From: Raja brachyura
Taxonomy: Eukaryota
DNA length: 64,000 bases
Direction of reading: 5' to 3'
Assembly (NCBI GenBank): GCA_963514005.1
Contig: OY740795.1
Location: 58,404,001 to 58,468,000, forward strand
Shown here: one piece after another, positions 24,101 through 36,900 of the stretch
Numbering within the stretch: position 1 is the stretch's first letter
Layout: every line of letters starts with the position of its first letter
Translations under genes and position numbers: made by a program
Notes under the pieces: generated by a model
Seen by the model: only the letters and a program-made list of their open reading frames with translations
Databases searched by the model: none
What the model was told of the DNA's origin: nothing

Positions 24101-27100
24101 GAAAAGTCTATGCTTGTATTCACTGGAGTTTAGAAGGATGAGGGGGAATCTTATAGAAACATTTAAAATTTTAAAAGGACTGGACAAGCTAGATGCAGGA
24201 AAAATGTTACCAATGTTGGGCAAGTCCAGAACCAGGGACCACAGTCTCAGAATAAAGGGGAGGCTATTTAAGACTGAGGTGAGAAAAAACTTTTTCACCC
24301 AGAGAGTTGTGAAATTCCCTGACACAGAGGGCAGTGGAGGCCAAATCACCGGATGGATTTAAGGGAGAGTTAGAGCTATAGGGGGTAGTGGAATCAAGGG
24401 ATATGGGGACAAGGCAGGCACGGGTTATTGATTGGGGACGATCAGATTACAATGAATGGCGGTGCTGGCTCGAAGGGCGGAATGGCCCCCTCCTGCACCT
24501 ATTTTTTCCAATGAGTAGTCAGGGAATCTCTGTGTCAGGGAATCGCTCTTAAACACCACAACACAAGATCAAGTCTTTCGACCTCTCTGATCTGTGTTAT
24601 ATCTGATGACCATGGTTGTCGCCTGCTCCTTTTGTCATTTATTGCTAACTGCAGTTCTACATTGGTTAATCTGTCTCATTCAATTCCCAAGAGCAACTGA
24701 ATGAAACTTTATCAAACCAACGTCAGAGTAGTCAGTGGATGCCAGCAGAGAATGTGCAGCATACAAAGTGGTGCCTTTAGAAGTGTATTTTCGAAAACGA
24801 TACCAATGATGGGATCCCAAACTGAATTCGGGGATCGCAGGAAAGAATCAGCACGTTAGACAGTGTGTGCGCAGGGACAGTATGAGATGCTTTTGTATGA
24901 CAAGTGGGAAAAAGGACTCATTCCTAAGTTAGAGATGATGTTGGAGGGACTTGAGAGGGGAAAGGGAATTTCGAAATGGGCATTTTGAGCTGGACAATAC
25001 AAGCAAAATGGAAAACAAAACACTCCTAAGCACTTTGTTTGTGGCCTTCCTCTGCGTTATACCTAATCCCTATGGCAAGCTTTCAGAATCGCATTCCTCC
25101 GACAGTCTGTGTAGATGTAAACCATTGGAGTCAATATTAATGATCTACATTAAGGTGACGTCTTTCCGAAATTCGGCATCTGGAGGTTATTTGTTTTTAA
25201 TTTCAAGTAAGTCGTTCCATGTGCCTATCCCAGAAACTGACATTTCTGCTGCAAGTGAGAGTATCTGCGATTTACTCCCACATGGTAAGTTTGTTAGGCA
25301 AACCCATATGCCTGCAGGTTACAACACCGTACGCTTAAAAAAAAACGCTGCAATGCTCTTAATACCCTCATTGTACCATAGACCAGAGACAACGTGTCCG
25401 CACGTTGACTCTCGCCACAAATTATCGATGTTTCCAGTAACCTGTCCGCACCTCATATTCATCGCCAACTCATCTCGTATTCTCTCTTTTCCAGCTCTGA
25501 CCAATGACTCAGTGAAGTCTTAGCACTATTTCATTTTACATAGATATTGCTTCGCCGACGGAGTGATCTCAATCGTTAATTTTAGCTTTATCTCAGAAGA
25601 AAAGTGCACCAGTCACCTCTGGCCCACAGAGCATCGCTGCAGCTACCCCGGCTCACCTTTCCTCCAGTTGATTCGTTCAGTTTTTGGAGTCGGCATATCA
25701 TCATGGCTCACCACGCATTCGAAATAATCCCCACTCAGCCAGTCATGAGTCGAAATGTTGACTTTGCTCTCTACGATATCCCCGTGTTCTGTGGACTGGA
25801 CCTCTGATGCCAAAGGCACCTTTACGCGGTTCCAGGATACTGTGATACTGTAAGGTGCATTGGATACCAGACAGGTTAACGTTACGGTCATCTCCATTAA
25901 CTCTTGTTCAACAGGCGGTGGAAGGATTGTAATCTTTGTATCGTCGCAGGAACTATCATCTGTGGTACAATAATTAATGTGAACATAAGCATTTCCAGGA
26001 GTAACTGGGATCGAAGGTTTACACCAATCATCTGCCCCCAGAACTTTAATGTGTACATGATCGCTTCCGAGTTGTGATTCTAGGAACTGTGGTCCTAAAT
26101 CGTCTTGAACTGACTTTTGACTCAGTGCAGAGAACTACACAATGAATTAAATGAGAGATTGCACCATGGGCTATACCACGATAGACACGTAATGCTGGAG
26201 TACAGTAACTCAGCGGGTCAGGCACCACCTCTGCAGAAAATTAATACGAGACGTTTCGGGTCGAGGCCGCCCTTTAGATTGAGAGTCGGGGGGGGGGGGG
26301 GGGGGGGGGTAGGGGTATTAATAGGTACAAATAAAAAAAACAAGGATATTCGCCTCCTTGCCAGTGATGACCCACTTATACCGTCTGCACTGGCTTCCTC
26401 CTCTTGGACTTCAGCAGATGACCTTCTACCCTCCTGGACATTTCTATTCCTAAATGTTAGCGTGGCATCGGCAGTTGTAACCGTTCCAGTCCCCTTACCC
26501 ACACTGCAGCACTCTGACATTAGCATCAAACCCGCCGACAAGGGAGGTGCCTTGATCGTCTGGCGTGCTGCTCTCTACCGGCTCAGCCCAGATCCCAAAA
26601 CTTGGACACCTCCTACTTAACCCTGGACCATGGCTCCACAGACCAGGCCATTATCTCACAGACCATCATTAATGTTATCACTTCCGGCTGTCTGCCCTCC
26701 AAAGCAACTGTACCTTAACGTTCCTCGGCCGCATGTTCTCCAAAATCCATTAATTATTTTTGCCAGCTCGTGTCCCCCTGAAATCATTTCCATGCACCGC
26801 GGCTCCATCCTACCTCCTCTGATCCAACCCCTCCCGACCTATAACCATATAACAATTACAGCACAGAAACAGGCCATCTCGGCCCTTCCAGTCCGTGCCG
26901 AACAACTTTTTTCCCTTAGTCCCACCTGCCTGCACTCATACCATAACCCTCCATACCCTTCTCATCCATATGCCTATCCAATTTATTTTTAAATGATACC
27001 AACGAACCTGCCGCCACCACTTCCACTGGAAGCTCATTCCACACAGCTACCACTCTCTGAGTAAAGAAGTTCCCCCTCATGTTACCCCTAAATCTCTGTC

Positions 27101-30100
27101 CCTTAATTCTAAAGTCATGTCCTCGTGTTTGAATCTTCCCTATTCTCATAGGGAAAAGCTTGTCCACATCAACTCTGTCTATCCCTCTCATCATTTTAAA
27201 GACCTCTATCAAGTCCCCCCTTAATCTTCTGCGCTCCAGAGAATAAAGACCTAACTTATTCAACCTATCTCTGTAACTTAGCTGTTGAAACCCAGGCAAC
27301 ATTCTAGTAAATCTCCTCTGTACCCTCTCTATTTTGTTGACATCCTTCCTATAATTTGGCGACCAAAATTGTACACCATACTCCAGATTTGGTCTCACCA
27401 ATGCCTTGTACAATTTTAACATTACATCCCAGCTTCTATACTCAATGCTCTGATTTATAAAGGCTAGCATACCAAAAGCTTTCTTTACCTCCCTATCTAT
27501 ATGAGATTCCACCTTCAAGGAACTATGCACAGAGATCCCTCTGTTCAACTGTATTCAGCAAGACACGTCACACTTCCTTCGTTTCTTCAATTACTTCCAT
27601 TCTCCAGCCGCCAGTGCCCTCAACTTTACTATGGGGGTTCAGTCACTCTGCACCTCCAACCCCCATCAGGGAGGGCTTAATGCCCTACGTTTCTTCAAGG
27701 ACCGCTGAACCAAACAATTTCCCCCTCTAACCCGTTTAAAGGAACTGCTCCTCACTCTCATCAATGTCTCGTTAGAATCCTCCCAATTCCTCCAAAGCAG
27801 AGGTGTAGCATGGGCCCATGGGCTCGTATTGGCCCCAGCTACGGCTGCCTCTTTCTCCGCTACATTGACGACTCCAAATAGGCTACTTCCTGCATCCATG
27901 CAGAACTCACGGACATCATTGTCATCATTTCCAATTCCCACCCTGCACTCATGTTCACTTGGTCAATCTCTGACCTCCCTCCACTTTCTTGATCTCACCG
28001 TCTCCATCACAGGAGAAAGCTATCGTCAAACGTATATTACAAACCAACGGACAACCACAGCTTGCTGGGCGACACTTCTCATCCTGCCCCCTGCAAAGAC
28101 TCTAACCCTTGGTCACTTATCCTCTCTCTCCATCGTATCTGTGGTACTGCACCTAAGATGAGCTGTTCCATCCCAGGCCATCCGGGATGTCTTCATTCCT
28201 TAGGGAATGGGGGTTCCCCTCTACTATCATAGATGATGCCCTCACCCACGTCTCCTCAATATCCCACAGCTCCGCTCTTTCTCCCCCCCCCCCCCCCCGT
28301 GTTAACAGGGACGGAGTCCCCATAGTCCTCACCTTTCACCCTATCAACCTTCGCATACTGCACTTAATCCTCCGGTGTTTTCGCCTCCTCCAATGGGATT
28401 CCACCATCGGTCACATCTTTCCATCTCCACCACCTTTCCACCTTTCTCAGAGAACATTTCCTCGGCAAATCCCTGTTTAATTCATCCCTTCCTACAGCAG
28501 CCATCCCATCCGTTGCAACTGCAGGAGACGCAACAATTACCCAGATACCTCCTCACTCGACTTCATCCAGGGACCCCAACAGTCCTTTCAGATGAGGCAG
28601 AGGTTCACTTGCACCTCCATCAACCACTGTATCCGATGTGGGTTCCTGTACATCGGTGAACCAATGCCCAGACTGTCGCTGTCGTTTCACTGAACACCTT
28701 TGCTCTGTCCGCCTTGTCCTAGGCGATCACCAGCTTCCCAAACACATTAAAACCCCATCCAATTCCCACACTGTCCGTTCTGTCCTGGGTTTCCTCCACT
28801 GTCAGAGTGAAGCTAAACACAAATAGGAGGAACAACACCTCAAATTTCGCTTTGGGAACCTAAAACTCAGCGGTATGAATACTGACTTCTCTAATTTCAA
28901 GTAACCCTTACATTCCATCTCTCTTGGTCAACCTCCCACCCTAATCAACCTACTAGTTTCTCTGCGGTCCTGTTTCGTTTCACTCTTTGTATCTACTCGT
29001 TATCGCCATTTCCACAGCAACAATGGACCAATGTGGCCGCGACCTTTCCTTGTTCATTGTTGCTGCCTTTGATTTGTTCTTTTCATACCTTTCATTAATT
29101 TGCTTTTTTGTACATTCTCAGACCTTTAGTTTCCCTCTCCACTGATCCTACCCGGAAGAAGAGTCTCGACCTGAATCGTCACCTGTTCCCTTTCTCCAGA
29201 GATGCTGTTACTCCGGCATTTTGTGTCTACTTTCGGTGTAAACCAGCATCAGCACTTCCTTCCTACACATGGACTTTCACAATGTTAGCGAAGTTCTACC
29301 ACCGTGAGCGCTAATGTTCACACTAATACCCGAGACACACCACGGATGCATTTCTTACCTGGCAACCTACTGATATTTTGGCTTTTTATATCTTTTTCAT
29401 GGTTGACTTGGCAGGTATAGACGGAACCTCCGATCCACTCTCCAGCTGGGAATGTCAACTGGCTGGTCGCCGAGAAGTTACCATTCACCTGGAAGGCGGG
29501 AGAGGTGACGATGCCAGAATCCAATCGCTTGCCATTTTTCAGCCAGTTCACAGTAAATCTCGCTGGGGTGAAATCGTTGACCAAACACACGGCGATCACT
29601 TTTTTGCTGCGCCTCATTTCATCAAGGGCAGTTATGGTAATGGTGATGGATGGATGATATACCACCCGATCTGAAAGAAAATAAACGTCATTGGATTTGC
29701 TCTTAAACAATCGTCGATTAATATTGACACACATTATTTTGACAAAATTAAAATCACTTTCTCCGATTAAACGTAGCAACCTGGACTTGCAGAGATGTTG
29801 CTATATTCGTTGTTTATCATGGTACATCGCGTGCTCGTAAATGGGGAACTTATAGCTCGGTAAGTACTTGTCACAGGGATGGAATGGGCCGACTGTTCTG
29901 CTTTTGTCCTCTATGACAGTGGCTGTGTTTTAATACTCTAGATAATGTTCTCAACATGATGCACTCAGCCGCTTCCATTGTTCGCGAGTTAAAATGTAAC
30001 TCATCTACGGATAGATCAGTTCCTCGCGAATTATATGAATGTGCTAGTGATGATGATAAATGTATGTGCACTCTTTTCAAGCTCTCTTCCAAGTCAAATT

Positions 30101-30895
30101 TTTGTTTTTTATGATTTTGTAAATGGTGAATTGCCTCGCTATTTGAAGCACCGCCTTTCATTCTATCACAAGAACGAACGACAGTGCTTCGGTATTATGA
30201 ATATCGCTCTCGCCCCTCGGTGCTAGGAAACAAAAATCACCATTTTACCGAAACAACAACAGCAGATTTGTTTGATTTATTTTTTAAGCAAAGGGCTGGA
30301 ATAATTTGGCGGGAATGGCATATTGTCAATTTCAGTTGAGACATTAGTGGATAAGTTGAGAATGAAGTTTTATCAGTGTTCCAGATGTTACATGGCATCT
30401 GTGGATGCAGCCGCACTTCCACATCACTATACAGACATGAATTGTCAGTCTTTGACTTGGTGGGTCGTGGAGCCCAGGTGAGCGTTCTACACGTCAGTCT
30501 GACATGAAGAATAAAAACGAACAGGGCACATTAAGTCAAGTACTTATCTTCAATTGTCAAATCCCGTGAATTATATGCATTGCATCATGGACTGATTCGG
30601 CAACTTGAAAGTCCAGGAGCGGAAAATACTGCAAAAAGTTGTAATCACTGCCCAGTCTATAACCGGCGCTGACCTATACATCATCAAAGGGATGTATGGA
30701 AGTCGCTGTCTCAAAAAGGCAGCCAACATAATCAGAGACCCACACCATACGGGCCACACACTCATCTCACCACTGCCATCGCGAAGGAGGTACCAGAGCC
30801 TGAGCACTGTAATGTCCAGGCTATTAAACACTACAACCCCATAAGCTCTGATCTACAATAGACTATTATTATTACACTGTTATTATTTGTTGTCG

Positions 30896-30929
<34 letters not shown>

Positions 30930-30945
30930 ACATATATATATAGAT

Positions 30946-30977
<32 letters not shown>

Positions 30978-33900
30978 GTGAATATGTGTGTACATACACA
31001 CACACTGAACTTGTTTTCTCACTCTCGTTTACCATATTATTTATTATGATTACATATTATGTTGTGCTGCAGCAAGCAATAATTTAATTGTTCTATCTGG
31101 GACACTCTGGACTCTCAACTCCACCCTCGGCCTCGTGGTGCACCCCAACACGAACCTGGTACTTTCACTTTATACTCTTTTTGGTGGTGTTGAACCAGGC
31201 AGAAGATGTCGCCTCCCCCTGCCTCTGCCTCCGCCTTGGCGATGGTTAACTCGCTGCTCCGGGTGTAAGTTCCCATCTTATTGAACACTGCCGGGTAGGT
31301 CTTCACTCCGGTGATCAGGTCCGTCTCATCTTTCTTCCAAGAAACACTGGCGCCCGCAGGGGAAAAGCCCAACGCCAAACAACCGTAGGTGAACGAACCA
31401 CTGGAGCCGTGATCCTCGCAGGTGAAGAGGATGAAGGGGCTGGGGGCGGAATTAGCCGCTGCAAGTCAAAGGTCACATGAATGTTAAACTCTCTTTCTTG
31501 CTCGTTTTGCAAAATATTCAGTGCAACGAATCATTATACAGCAATTTGTTACGCAATATTCTATGTCATGAAACTTCACCCGAGTGTCATAAACTATTTG
31601 TTCAACTTCCCGCCTTGATCCCACCTTGGCTGAAAACTTCTTGTGGTGCCAATAACTGGCAGTTACTGGCAAATATATGCACAATCTCGAGTTAACCATA
31701 TAACCATGTAACAATTACAGCACGGAAACAGGCCTTCTCGGCCCTTCCAGTCCGTGCCGACCATTTATTTTCCCCTAGTCCCATCTACCTGCATTAGTGG
31801 GCGGGCGGGCGGGCGTGACTCACATTGCAGCGGTCTATACAGCCTGTCTGTCTTTTCTTTTGTCTAGTTAAAAGTAGTTGTTCGTGTTTTTTGTGTGTAT
31901 TGTCTCTAATTGTGTATATGTGGGGGGGGGTGGGGGACTTTTAAATCTCTTCCCTGCACGGGAGACCCGACTTTTTCCCTGTCGGGTCTCCGTTGTCGTT
32001 GGGGCCCAGCACCGAGGAGCGGCCTCCGACCGGGACGACCTGGGGGCTCCAGTCGCTGAACCTGCGGAGCTGCGGGGCTCACCGTCGTGGGGCAGGCCGG
32101 CCTCGGAGCGTGGGGAGCGGTGGGGCTCGCTCCAGCTCCAGCTCCAGACCGGTGGACTTATTCCTTATTCTTAAACTGTGGCCCCTGGTTCTGGACTCCC
32201 CCAAAATCGGGAACATGTTTCCTGCCTCTAGCGTGTCCAAGCCCTTAACAATCTTATACGTTCAATGAGATCCCCTCTCATCCTACTAAACTTCAGAGTG
32301 TACAAGCCCAGATGCTCCATTCTCTCACCATATGACAGTCCCGCCATCCCGGGAATTAACCATGTAAACCTGAGCTGCACTCCCTCAATAGCAAGAATGT
32401 CCTTCCTCAAATTAGGGGACCAAAACTGCACACAATGCTCCAAAAGGGGTCTCACAAGGGTTCTGTACAACTGCAGAAGGACCTCTTTGCTCCCATGTAT
32501 GATTCCTCTTGTTATAAAGGCCAACATGCCATTCGCTTTAGTCACTGCCTGCTGTAGCTGCATGCTTACGTCCATAGACTGACGTACAAGGGCCCCCAGA
32601 TTCCATTGCACTTCCCCTTTTCCCAACGTGATGCCATTCAAATAGTAATCTGCCTTCCTGTCTTTGCTACCAAAGTGGATAACCTAACATTTTTTACGCA
32701 TTAAACTTCATCTGCCCACTCCCCCAACCTGTCCAAGTCACCCTGCATTCTCATAGCATCCTCCTCACAGTTCACACTGCCACCCAGCTTTGTGTCATCT
32801 GCAAATTTGCTAATGTTACTTTGAACCCCTTCATCCAAATCATTCATGTATATTGTAAATAGCTGTGGTCCCAGGACAGAGCCTTGCGGTACCCCACTAG
32901 AATGGCGGTCCTGGCTCGAAGGGCCGAACGGCCTCCTCCTGCACCTATTTACTATGTTTCTATGTTAAATGGGCTCTCCTTATTCTTAAACTGTGGCCCC
33001 TGGTTCTGGACTCCCCCAACATCGGGAACATGTTTCCTGCATCGACCGTGTCCAATCCCTTAATAATTTTATATGGGTTTTTTTGAGATTCCCTCTCATC
33101 CTTCTAAATTCCAGTGAATACAAGCTGAGGCGCTCCATTCTTTCTCCATGTCAGTCCCGCCATCCCGGTATTAACCTGGTGAACCTTTGCTACACTCCCT
33201 CAATAGCAAGAATGTCCTGCCTCAAATTAGGAGAGCAACACTGCACACATTACTCCAGCTGTGGTCTCACCAGGGGCTTATACAACTACAGAAGGACCAC
33301 TTTGCTCCAAAACTCAATGCCTCTCTTTATGAAGGCCAAAATGCCATTAGGTTTCTTCACTGCCTGTTGTACCTGTATGCTTCATTTCAGTGACTGATGT
33401 ACTAGGATACCCAGGTCTTGTTGTACTTCCCCTTTTCCTAACCTGACACAATTCAGATAATAATCTGCCTTTCCGTTCTTGCCTCCAAAGTGGATAACCT
33501 CACATTTATCCACATTATACTGCATCTTCCATGCATCTGCCCACTCACCCAACCTGTCCAAGTCACCCTGAATTCTCATAGCATTTTCTTCACAGTTCGC
33601 ACTGCCACCCAGCTTTGTGTCATCTGCAAATGTGCGCATGTTACTTTTAATTCCTTCATCTAAATCAGGAATATATATTGTAAATTGCTGCGGTCCCAGC
33701 AACGAGCCTTGCGGCACCCTGTTTTGAAAAGGCCCCGTTAATTCCTACCCTTTGTTTCCTGTCTGTCAACCAATTTTCTATTCATGTCAATACCGACCCT
33801 CAATACCATGTGCTCTAATTTTGCTCACTAATCCCGTGTGGGACCTTGTCAAAGGCTTTCTGAAAGTTCTGGTACACTACATCCACTGGCTCTCCCTTGT

Positions 33901-36900
33901 CCATTTTACTTGTTACATTCTCAAAAACCTCCAAAAGATTTGTTATGCATGATTTCCCCTTCGTAAATCCATGCTGACTTGGACCGACTCTGTTACTGCT
34001 AACCAAATGCGCCACTGTTACATATTTGATAATCGACTCCAGCATCTTCCCCAATACGGATATCAGGCCAACTGGTCTATCATTCCCTGCATTCTCTCTC
34101 CCTCCTTTCTTGAAAAGTGTTATAACATTATCTACCCTCCAATCCACAGGAACTGATCCAGAATCTAAAGGGCATTCGAAAGTGATTACCAATGCTTCCA
34201 CGATTTGGAGAGGCACCGCCTTGAGTACTCTGAAAGAACTTTGCACTTCTGTGTTTTGCTGCAAGAAAATGTTACTTCCTCAATCCAAGATTTGTTAGCA
34301 ATTGGATTAAAGGTGGCAATGCGATTCCACCAATTAATACATACACTTCTTAAATACAAAGCGTGAACATTTTACACCCAGGATTTATCCCTTTCTATCG
34401 TTTGTTTCATATGCGCCGAGGATAAACAAACTGAGACAAAGTACCTGCTGTCGATCAGAAAACACAGTTAGATGCACCGCTGATCTAGGACCACAAAAAT
34501 CTCAAACAATTTGAAAGCATAGTAAAGGCATATTTTTTCGAATAAGGAACTAAATCACATCCGTTGCACCGTCAAAGGGTCGAAAGTCATAGCACATAAG
34601 GCAAGTTTAATTCGGGAATCTCACTGCAGCGACATCACATAACATTCTAAAGCAACATCAATCCAACATTGCAATGAATGGGTAATTAATCCAGAACAAC
34701 TATTTAATACAATTATTGGAAATATGATTTCTAATCCATTCAGCCAGCGGTTCTATCATAAGCGCAAATAGCAATGGTAATAAGGCACAACCCTGCCTAT
34801 TACCCCTTGATAAATAAAATTTTGGAGATAACATATTATTAGTTAATATTCTTGCCATAGGTTTATCATAAAGTAGTTTAACCCATCTAATAAAATTCTC
34901 TCCCGTTATAAATTTTTGGAGTACCTTATATAAATACTGCCATTCTACCTGATCAAATGCCTTCACTGCATCCAACGTAACGACTGCAATATCTTCAATG
35001 TCCTCTTTGTGAGAGTACATTATATTGAAAATCCTTCTCAAGTTATTAAATGATTGTCTTTTGGGTATAAATCCCGTTTGATCCGGGTTTACCAACTTGT
35101 TAGTATAATTATTCAGTCTTCTTGCTAGAATCCTTGCTAAGATTTTCTGATCCGTATTTAGAAGTGATACAGCTCTGTAAGAACCCGGTTCCTCTAAGTC
35201 TTTATCTTTTTTTGGTATAAGCATTATTGTTGATTCTGCCAAAGTTTCTGGTAGTTTATTTTCAGTATAAGCCTGTGTGTATAAGTTGAGGAATCTTGGT
35301 ACAATTGACTCCTGAAATTGTTTATAAAATTCATTGCTAAAACTATCTGGTCCTGGGGTCTTCCCATTTTTCAATTAGTTTATTGTTTGTTTTATTTCTT
35401 CACTAGTAATCCGTGCTCCTAATTCCTCTTGTTCTAAACTATCCAATTTAGGGAGATTGCAATTATCTTTAAAAAATGTAATTTTACTATCATCTGTATT
35501 TATTTTAGTTGTTTATAAATTATGATAAAATTGGGCAAACCTTTTATTAATGTCCTTCGGTAGTGTTAGAAGCTCACCCTTATCAGATTTAATTTTAGTG
35601 ATAGTATTTTCCTTTTCTTGTTGCTTCAGTTGCCTCGCTAATAATTTATGTTGCTTATCCCCAAATTCTGAGTGTGCCTGTTTTGTAATTTGGAATAGTC
35701 TTATTACTCTTGACAATAATATTCTATTAAGTTTGTATTTCAATAAGGTTATCTTATTATGTCTATCTATGGTTGGGTCACTTGCATTGTCCAATTCTAG
35801 TAATTTTATTTCCTTTTCAATCCTCTGAAGTTCTCTTTTATTTTCTTTATTTTGAAAACTTTGATAAGAGATTATAGCACCACGAATGTATGCCTTAAAG
35901 GTTTCCCATAATAGCGATACAGAAATATCATGCGGGTTATTTAATATTTGTGTGTTGAATCTCCAAAAAGGTTTTATACCCTGCATTCCCTCGATGTTAA
36001 GTATAAATGTCAGAGGTGAATGATCATAAATAATACTATTATGGTATGATGGTTTAGTCGTATACGGGATTAATTGTATCCAATAAGAAATAGTCAATTC
36101 ATTAATAAGTTTTATGAACCGATGAGTAAAACAAACATTCCCTTACAATTGGGTTTGCTATTCTACAAACATCAGTTATGTTATTATTTTTTGTATAAGT
36201 ATTTAAAAATTCCCAGGTCTTCGTTTTAACAAGATGCTTCTCTACCTTTATTTATTTATCTAAATATGGGCCTATAACACAATTAAAATCTCCCCCCATT
36301 ATTATATTTTGATAATTATGCTCATCCGAATATTCACAGATATAATACTAAGGATTCAAAGAATAAAACTTAATTATATGCTGATGGTATTCTTTTATAT
36401 ATTACTAATACACAAACGAGTATCCCCACCTCATTAACACTAATCGAGGAATTTGGTTCTTTTTCAGGATACGGAATAAATTGGAATAAAACCAAAATTA
36501 TGTCTTTGAAACCACAGGATGCGAGACACTTATTGAAATTCCCTTTCAAAATTACAACAGAAAAATTCAAGTATTTGGGTATTCAAATTACGAGAAGACA
36601 CAAATCATTATTTAGTGCCAATTTTATGCCACTATTAAATAAACTGAATGTTATGATCAAATTTTGGAAAACGCTACCGCTTATTGATAGGTAGAATTAA
36701 CGCTATAAAAAAGACTTTACCACAATTGATATATTTGTTTCATACGATCGCAATATATATTCCAAAATATTCTAGATTCTAATGTCAATAATTTTATATG
36801 GGATTATAGAGCACACATAATTCAACAATAGCATCTGTGTAAACCTAAAGAAGTTGGGGGTTTATCATTACCTAACTTTACGTATTACTACTGGGCAGTC

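Noticed and set aside
24951-25523. 190-aa ORF in the CH3-CH4 intron
   Set aside because: No recognisable motif, antisense to the Ig gene, non-ATG start; likely a chance ORF.
21728-31458. IgW or IgNAR identity for the constant exons
   Set aside because: Four CH domains with mu-type CH1-CH4 motifs, a mu tailpiece and a conventional VH with CDR2 fit IgM.
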